Source of the DNA: Patescibacteria group bacterium UBA2773
Lineage (GTDB): Bacteria > Patescibacteriota > Minisyncoccia > Moranbacterales > DUUL01
Direction: 5' to 3'
DNA: 64,000 bases
Assembly: GCA_002352465.1 (NCBI GenBank)
Contig: DEIN01000008.1
Coordinates: 564-64,563 of the forward strand
The notes under the pieces are model-generated. The model was given only the letters and a program-made list of their open reading frames with translations, was not told the DNA's origin and ran no database searches. This document shows positions 58,992 to 64,000 of this stretch, one piece after another; the first letter of the stretch is position 1; each line of letters opens with the position of its first letter. Position numbers and translations under genes: made by a program.

Positions 58992-59167
58992 TTGATACCT
59001 CCCATATCTTTTGAAAGAATTAATAAAGAACTACTCACAAACCGTTTAATAATACAACCGATTAAAGCTTTTGTCAACGGATTTATCTTGAATTTTCTCA
59101 TTTTCCATTGGTTTCCACTGGTTCAACCAGTGGGAAGACCAGTGGGAAGAAAATTAATTTAAAAATA

Positions 59168-59197
59168 AAAAAGCTCTTGGAAAACCAAGAGCTTTTT
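59168..59197. terminator. Intrinsic terminator after the SPFH gene
   Basis: AAAAAGCTCTTGG-AAAA-CCAAGAGCTTTTT. Confidence 0.8.
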
Positions 59198-59226
59198 GAG
59201 GATTTTTAAATTTTTAAAAATTAAGA

Positions 59227-60237
59227 TTATTGAATATTTTTGAATAACGGTATGCCGTTGTCTCCGATTGGAACATAGATTGTTCCTTCTCGATCTTGAA
59301 GATTTTGAATATAAAGATAATTCAAATAGGCTGGAGTCAAACTTTGATTAATAATTGTTTGTGACTCTCTCTGTCCTTCGGCTGCAATTATTTTTCGTTC
59401 TTTTTCTTTAGTCTCTCTAGTTAAAACAAAATCCATTTTTTCTGATTCTTGTTCAGCTTGAAGTTTTTCCTCGATTGATTTTTGCAAATTCATCGGCAAA
59501 ACAACGTTTCTTAAAAGAAATTCTTCCATAATAATTCCCCGATTAGCCAATTGAGAATCTAGGTCGCTAGAAATTTTTTCACTAATCTCTGATCTTTTTT
59601 GAGAATAAATAACTTTAGCATCGTATTGGGCAATAACACCTCGGATGGAACTTCTAATTATTGGTCGAATAATTTTATCTTCATAATTCAAACCCATTTC
59701 TCTATAGATATTAGAAGCTTTTTCCTCGTTTAATTTATATAAAACTGTAATGTCTAAGGACACCTCTAAGCCTTCTTTAGTAAGAGCTACAATTGAATCA
59801 ATGCCTTGAACTTTCCCTTCTGTGCTAACTCCGCTCATTGTATATTCTTCGGTTCGAACAGTGAGCTTAGTTACCTTGGCGAATGGATTTTTTAGATGAA
59901 AGCCAGATTTTAACTCTTGATCTCGGACTTTTCCAAATAATGAATAAACTCCAGTTTCTCCAGCGTCAATAATTACAATTGACAGAGGCAGTAAAATTAT
60001 TAAAATCACCAATATTATCACTAAGCTAGTTCCTTTTTTGACCCATTGACCCAAATTTGAAAGATCAAAATTATTATAATTATTCATATGATTTTTATTA
60101 AGATTAAATTTTTTAATTAAAAAGATCACTAAACCTATTACTATTAAAACAGCAATGGCATTCTTGAGCGACAACAAAAATAAGATTGCTAAAATTATCC
60201 AAAAATATTTTTTCACTTGCTCACTCTGAAAATTCAT
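59227..60237 (-). CDS. SPFH/prohibitin family protein
   Basis: IDAGETGV...FG.V....L.SGFH..NP, TKEGLEVSLD, IRP.IRS.IR, IEEKL.AEQE. Confidence 0.9.
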   Translation of the reverse strand: MNFQSEQVKKYFWIILAILFLLSLKNAIAVLIVIGLVIFLIKKFNLNKNHMNNYNNFDLSNLGQWVKKGTSLVIILVILIILLPLSIVIIDAGETGVYSLFGKVRDQELKSGFHLKNPFAKVTKLTVRTEEYTMSGVSTEGKVQGIDSIVALTKEGLEVSLDITVLYKLNEEKASNIYREMGLNYEDKIIRPIIRSSIRGVIAQYDAKVIYSQKRSEISEKISSDLDSQLANRGIIMEEFLLRNVVLPMNLQKSIEEKLQAEQESEKMDFVLTRETKEKERKIIAAEGQRESQTIINQSLTPAYLNYLYIQNLQDREGTIYVPIGDNGIPLFKNIQ

Positions 60238-60392
60238 AAAAGATTTTAACTATTAATTTTAAGATTATTATTATTATAACCCTTTTTTTATTTTTTGCAA
60301 TTTTTTCAAGCTATGGACAAAAGATTGAATTTGTTGTATTTTTTCTTATATTGATAATTTGAATTTTAGAACCTTGAAAAGGATTAATATTT

Positions 60393-60578
60393 ATGAAAAA
60401 ACTTCAATTAACTGCAGACCAAGAAGAAATTTTCAAAAAAGCATTAGAAGAAGCTCATGATAATGGCGTGAATGATAGAGGTCATTTAATTAACGGAAGT
60501 ACTGAATATATATTGGGGAGAAAAGAAAGTGCGGAAAATATTTTGTTAAAATATTTTAATCTTTTTAAAACCACTTAA
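60393..60578 (+). CDS. Hypothetical small protein
   Basis: 61-aa ORF with upstream AAAGGA; divergent from the SPFH gene. Confidence 0.45.
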   Translation: MKKLQLTADQEEIFKKALEEAHDNGVNDRGHLINGSTEYILGRKESAENILLKYFNLFKTT

Positions 60579-60603
60579 TCGTAAAATAAAAGGGAGGTTT
60601 ATT

Positions 60604-60828
60604 TTGCGAGATAACAATGGGAAAGAGATCCTGCGAAAAGAAATCAAAGAAACCATGGAGGAATTCAATCTTAGTAAAAAGGAGGCGATTTTTTTTATTA
60701 GGGAAACGAGAGACCAATTTTTGCTTTCGGAAATATTTTTTAATCCAATTATTGATTGGAATTTTTTTCTAGATGAAGATTGGAAGGATGATCTATCAAA
60801 AATTCCAGACTTTAATTTTGATAATTGA
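60604..60828 (+). CDS. Hypothetical small acidic protein
   Basis: GGGAGG SD before TTG; 74 aa. Confidence 0.45.
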   Translation: MRDNNGKEILRKEIKETMEEFNLSKKEAIFFIRETRDQFLLSEIFFNPIIDWNFFLDEDWKDDLSKIPDFNFDN

Positions 60829-61051
60829 AGGCATATTCTAAAAAATACTGGGAAAAAGAAAGAATTTCTCAAAATTGTTTTGAATTAATCTCTTCAAAGA
60901 TTCAGGCTAAAATAAAAAAACTTGCCTGAAAAATGAATGTATTTAAATGTTAAAGACCGAAATTCTAAACTTGAATCTTGGTCTTTATTCTTGTCTTGAA
61001 ATATTTTTTCACTCCCGTAAATCAGTTTATGGGTGTGGGGATTTGGATTTT

Positions 61052-62083
61052 TTATTTATTTTTTCCAGCGAGTTGTCCACAAGCGCCTTGAATGTCGTTG
61101 CCCATATTTTTTCTAATAGTGCAATGAACTCTTTCTGTCTTTAAGGCTTCTTTGAATTTTTGAGCGGTTTCTTTGGAGGAAGCGTTTAATTCTCCGCCGA
61201 TTGAATTGTAGCGAATTAAATTAACATGAATTAATTGCATCTTTCCAATAGATTTTAGAAAATTAGCTAGTTTTAAAACATCTTCTTGGCTGTCATTGAT
61301 GTCTTTCAATAAAATATATTCGATAAAAACTTTACGGGTATTGGTTTTGAAATAATTTTGAAGAAAATTTTTCAAATCGTTCAATCCATATTTTTTATTA
61401 ATGGGCATATAAAGTTCCCTCTTGGTGTCATTAGCAAAATGTAAAGAAAGAGCCAGATTAACTTGAGGGAAATCTTGAGCAAATTTTTCCATTACTTCCA
61501 CAATTCCTACTGTTGAAACAACAATATTCCTTCGACCAAAATCAAAAAATTTTTCATCAATTAAAATATTCAAACTTTCTTTGACATTGTCCCAATTCAA
61601 AAACGGTTCGCCCATTCCCATATAGACAATATTGCTGAATTGACCAGTTAGTTTATTCGTTTTTAAATATTGTCGCCAAAATAAAACCTGACTAGTGATT
61701 TCATCCGCAGTTAAATCTCGCTTAAAACCACCTTTTCCAGTAGCACAAAATAAACAACCTAGCGGACAGCCAACTTGAGAAGAAATACAAGCTGACCAAT
61801 GCCCTTCCTGCGGCGAAAGCAAAACTGTTTCGATTAAACTGTCGTCTTCTAGTTTTAAAAGCGCTTTAATAGCGTTTTTTTCTTTTGAAATAAGTACTTT
61901 AGATCCTTTGAATGGCAAAATTTTGAATTTTTTGTTTAACTGACTGCGTAAATTCTTGGAAACCGTTGAAATTTCCGAAAAAGAAATTATCCCGTCTTTA
62001 AAAATCGCCTGACAAATCTGCTTGAAACGAAAACTGGGTTCATTCTTTTCTGTTAAAAATTTTTCTAGCTCTTTGATATTCAT
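61052..62083 (-). CDS. rlmN: 23S rRNA (adenine-2503-C2)-methyltransferase RlmN
   Basis: CISSQVGCPLGCLFCATG, YMGMGEPF.N, SLH, IEY, G.DIQGACGQL. Confidence 0.96.
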   Translation of the reverse strand: MNIKELEKFLTEKNEPSFRFKQICQAIFKDGIISFSEISTVSKNLRSQLNKKFKILPFKGSKVLISKEKNAIKALLKLEDDSLIETVLLSPQEGHWSACISSQVGCPLGCLFCATGKGGFKRDLTADEITSQVLFWRQYLKTNKLTGQFSNIVYMGMGEPFLNWDNVKESLNILIDEKFFDFGRRNIVVSTVGIVEVMEKFAQDFPQVNLALSLHFANDTKRELYMPINKKYGLNDLKNFLQNYFKTNTRKVFIEYILLKDINDSQEDVLKLANFLKSIGKMQLIHVNLIRYNSIGGELNASSKETAQKFKEALKTERVHCTIRKNMGNDIQGACGQLAGKNK

Positions 62084-62325
62084 AGTTTGTAATATTTGAT
62101 TTAGATTACTATTAAATCACAAAAACGCTTTTTTTCAAAGCGTCTATTCAATTAAATTCAATAACATTCCCCGCTCCCATACTCCAGTGTATGGGAGTAA
62201 AATGTTCTTTATTCATAATTAACATTTAAATTTTTTCTATTTGTAAAAAATAAATTATCTGCTAAATTAAAATTAGGGTTTTACTTTAAAATTAAAAGCC
62301 ACAACTTTAAAATAAAGGAGGTAAA

Positions 62326-62466
62326 ATGCATCCTAGTTGGAGAGTAAGAAAAAACAATTTTTACACAGCTAGACGGTGTCAAATTGTTTTCTTTGCCCAA
62401 AAAACTCATTGCTTTTCAAAAGGAGGTGGTCATCTTCTAGCGCTTAATAGGAGAGTCCTATTTTAG
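62326..62466 (+). CDS. Possible 46-aa small protein
   Basis: AAGGAGGT SD, ATG, ORF MHPSWRVRKNNFY...RRVLF; terminator downstream. Confidence 0.35.
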   Translation: MHPSWRVRKNNFYTARRCQIVFFAQKTHCFSKGGGHLLALNRRVLF

Positions 62467-62536
62467 TGTCAGGGTTAATTATTTTTTCAAATAACCCGTC
62501 AGGGCTAATTCCCCTGGAATATTGTTTTAAATAAAT

Positions 62537-62568
62537 TAGGGATGTCCAAAAAGACATCCCTAAAAAAA
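62537..62568. terminator. Hairpin terminator
   Basis: TTAGGGATGTC-CAAAA(A)-GACATCCCTAA followed by an A tract (U tract on the minus strand). Confidence 0.65.
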
Positions 62569-62616
62569 TACATAATTTTTATTTTTTTAAAATATTTCCA
62601 TAATATATAATAGTTT

Positions 62617-62860
62617 TTATTCCAATGCAGAATTTAGATTAGCTTGCATCTTAGTCTCTAGGTCTTTCACGTGCTGATTGACTTGTTTCTATACTTGTCC
62701 AATTTGTTGCTCAGTTCTTTTTTTTGGTTTCTTAAATAGTTTTTATTCTATTTAAATATAAAGGAATCATAATAAAAAGCATTATTGCAATACTTATAAG
62801 AAAAACAATCATCGAAAAACCTTGTTATTTTATTTTTATAATTTTTGTTTTAAATATCAT
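62617..62860 (-). pseudogene. Degraded prepilin-like gene
   Basis: MIFKTKIIKIK*QGFSMIVFLISIAIMLFIMIPLY...; three internal stops and one frameshift. Confidence 0.4.
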
Positions 62861-63129
62861 TACATCTATAGATACCTCTATAGATGTATTTATAATGATA
62901 TATTTTTAAAAATTTTTCAAAACCAGTTTATAATTTTTGATGAATCAATAATTTTTAAATAAAGCCTTTGGCAATTGAAAATTTTGAAATTATAAATTGA
63001 TTGTAAGCCTGTCTGCCGGTAGGCGGGTTGTAAATTGTAAATTATTTTAAATTTTTATAGGTTGTCAATTTAATTAGATAAGTCTAAAATTAAACTAAAT
63101 CTAAATCTATATCTTAACTACAAACAAAA

Positions 63130-64000
63130 ATGAAACTTGATTTAAAAAAATCTTTGATAATTTTAGGAGTAATTTTGATGTTGGGAGGTTTTTTGAGAAT
63201 TTACAAACTTAATAATATGTCTTTGAAAGCCGATGAATTTATTGGGGTTAACATTAGCCAAGGACATCACCAGACTGGGCAATGGAAGTTTTGGGAATGG
63301 AATAAAGATGAATTAACTGACGGTGACTATACGCGAGGACAAGTTTACTATTTTCAAGTTAGTAAACTTTTGGATTTTGTTGCTCCAACAGAATTTAATT
63401 TCAGACTGATCAGTGTTCTCTGGGGAATGATCGGAATAATTTTAATGTTTTTTGTTGGTTATTTTTATACCAAAAATTTTATTATCGCTCTTTTGAGTGC
63501 TTTTCTATGGGCCGTTAGTATTTCCGCTATTACTTTTGACCGACATCTTCGAATGTATGCGATGTTTGCACCAGTTTATTTAATCTTATCAACATTGACT
63601 TATCAATTTTTAGAAACAATTCCGGGGAAGTCCAAAACTTTTTTGAATCAATTGTCTAGAAAAACCAAGCTGAATTGGAATTATTTTATTCCAGCCTTCT
63701 TTTTACTTGTTTTATCTTTTGCTACTCATTTTTTAACTATCAACATTTTTTCAACTATTGGAGTTTATATTTTATTTTTTGCAATTTATGAATGGAAGAA
63801 AAATAATAAAATAGCTAACAAATATTCCTGGTTATTGCTTTTGCCTTTAGCTTCTCTGCTACTTTTAACGCTAACGGGCTTTGTTGGAAGATCCTCTGAC
63901 TTTTTGGGTCTTATGGAGAATAATTTTGGTCATTTTGGAAATATCACCATTGACTATAGTCATTCTTTGTTGGCAGTCACTTTTTTTATTATTGGTGCGG
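63130..64000 (+). CDS. GT39/ArnT-like membrane glycosyltransferase, 3' end outside window
   Basis: MKLDLKKSLIILGVILMLGGFLRIYKLNNMSLKADE, EFNFRLISVLWG, RHLRMY; frame open to window end. Confidence 0.8.
   Translation, partial: MKLDLKKSLIILGVILMLGGFLRIYKLNNMSLKADEFIGVNISQGHHQTGQWKFWEWNKDELTDGDYTRGQVYYFQVSKLLDFVAPTEFNFRLISVLWGMIGIILMFFVGYFYTKNFIIALLSAFLWAVSISAITFDRHLRMYAMFAPVYLILSTLTYQFLETIPGKSKTFLNQLSRKTKLNWNYFIPAFFLLVLSFATHFLTINIFSTIGVYILFFAIYEWKKNNKIANKYSWLLLLPLASLLLLTLTGFVGRSSDFLGLMENNFGHFGNITIDYSHSLLAVTFFIIGA

Noticed and set aside
1691-61144. Numerous short antisense or nested ORFs in the track (e.g. 1691-1936, 4817-5068, 20114-20485, 46795-47205, 51764-52201, 60546-60872)
   Set aside because: Shadow frames of well-supported genes, with F/S/L/I-biased composition and no motifs

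Overview
AT-rich chromosomal window from what looks like a Patescibacteria/CPR (Parcubacteria-type) genome using genetic code 11. This assignment is inferred from gene content and the lack of SD motifs on core genes. Most of the window is housekeeping: uppS, trxB, pyrG/pyrH, gltX, a dcd-thyX-tmk-dut cluster, recA, the infA-rpmJ-rpsM-rpsK-rpsD-rpoA-rplQ-rplM-rpsI cluster, recJ, pgk, secF, ruvC, yebC, xseA and rlmN. Gene orientation flips from + to - at about 7.4-9 kb, where a near-symmetric dif-like site (8860-8887) suggests the replication terminus. The most unusual element is a 3.6 kb cassette (42709-46298) bounded by two related 13-8-13 palindromic sites. It holds an EcoRI-family adenine methyltransferase, a DUF3800 gene interrupted by one in-frame TAA, a convergent ~80 nt three-way-junction RNA with its own predicted promoter and terminator overlapping the DUF3800 3' end, and a DUF262-HNH nuclease. 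Intergenic DNA is crowded with several palindromic repeat families. Some bracket small cargo genes (a four-helix-bundle gene, an AbrB-like gene), and two supply the stop codons of rpmJ and infA. All calls are by eye from motifs; no database searches were run.
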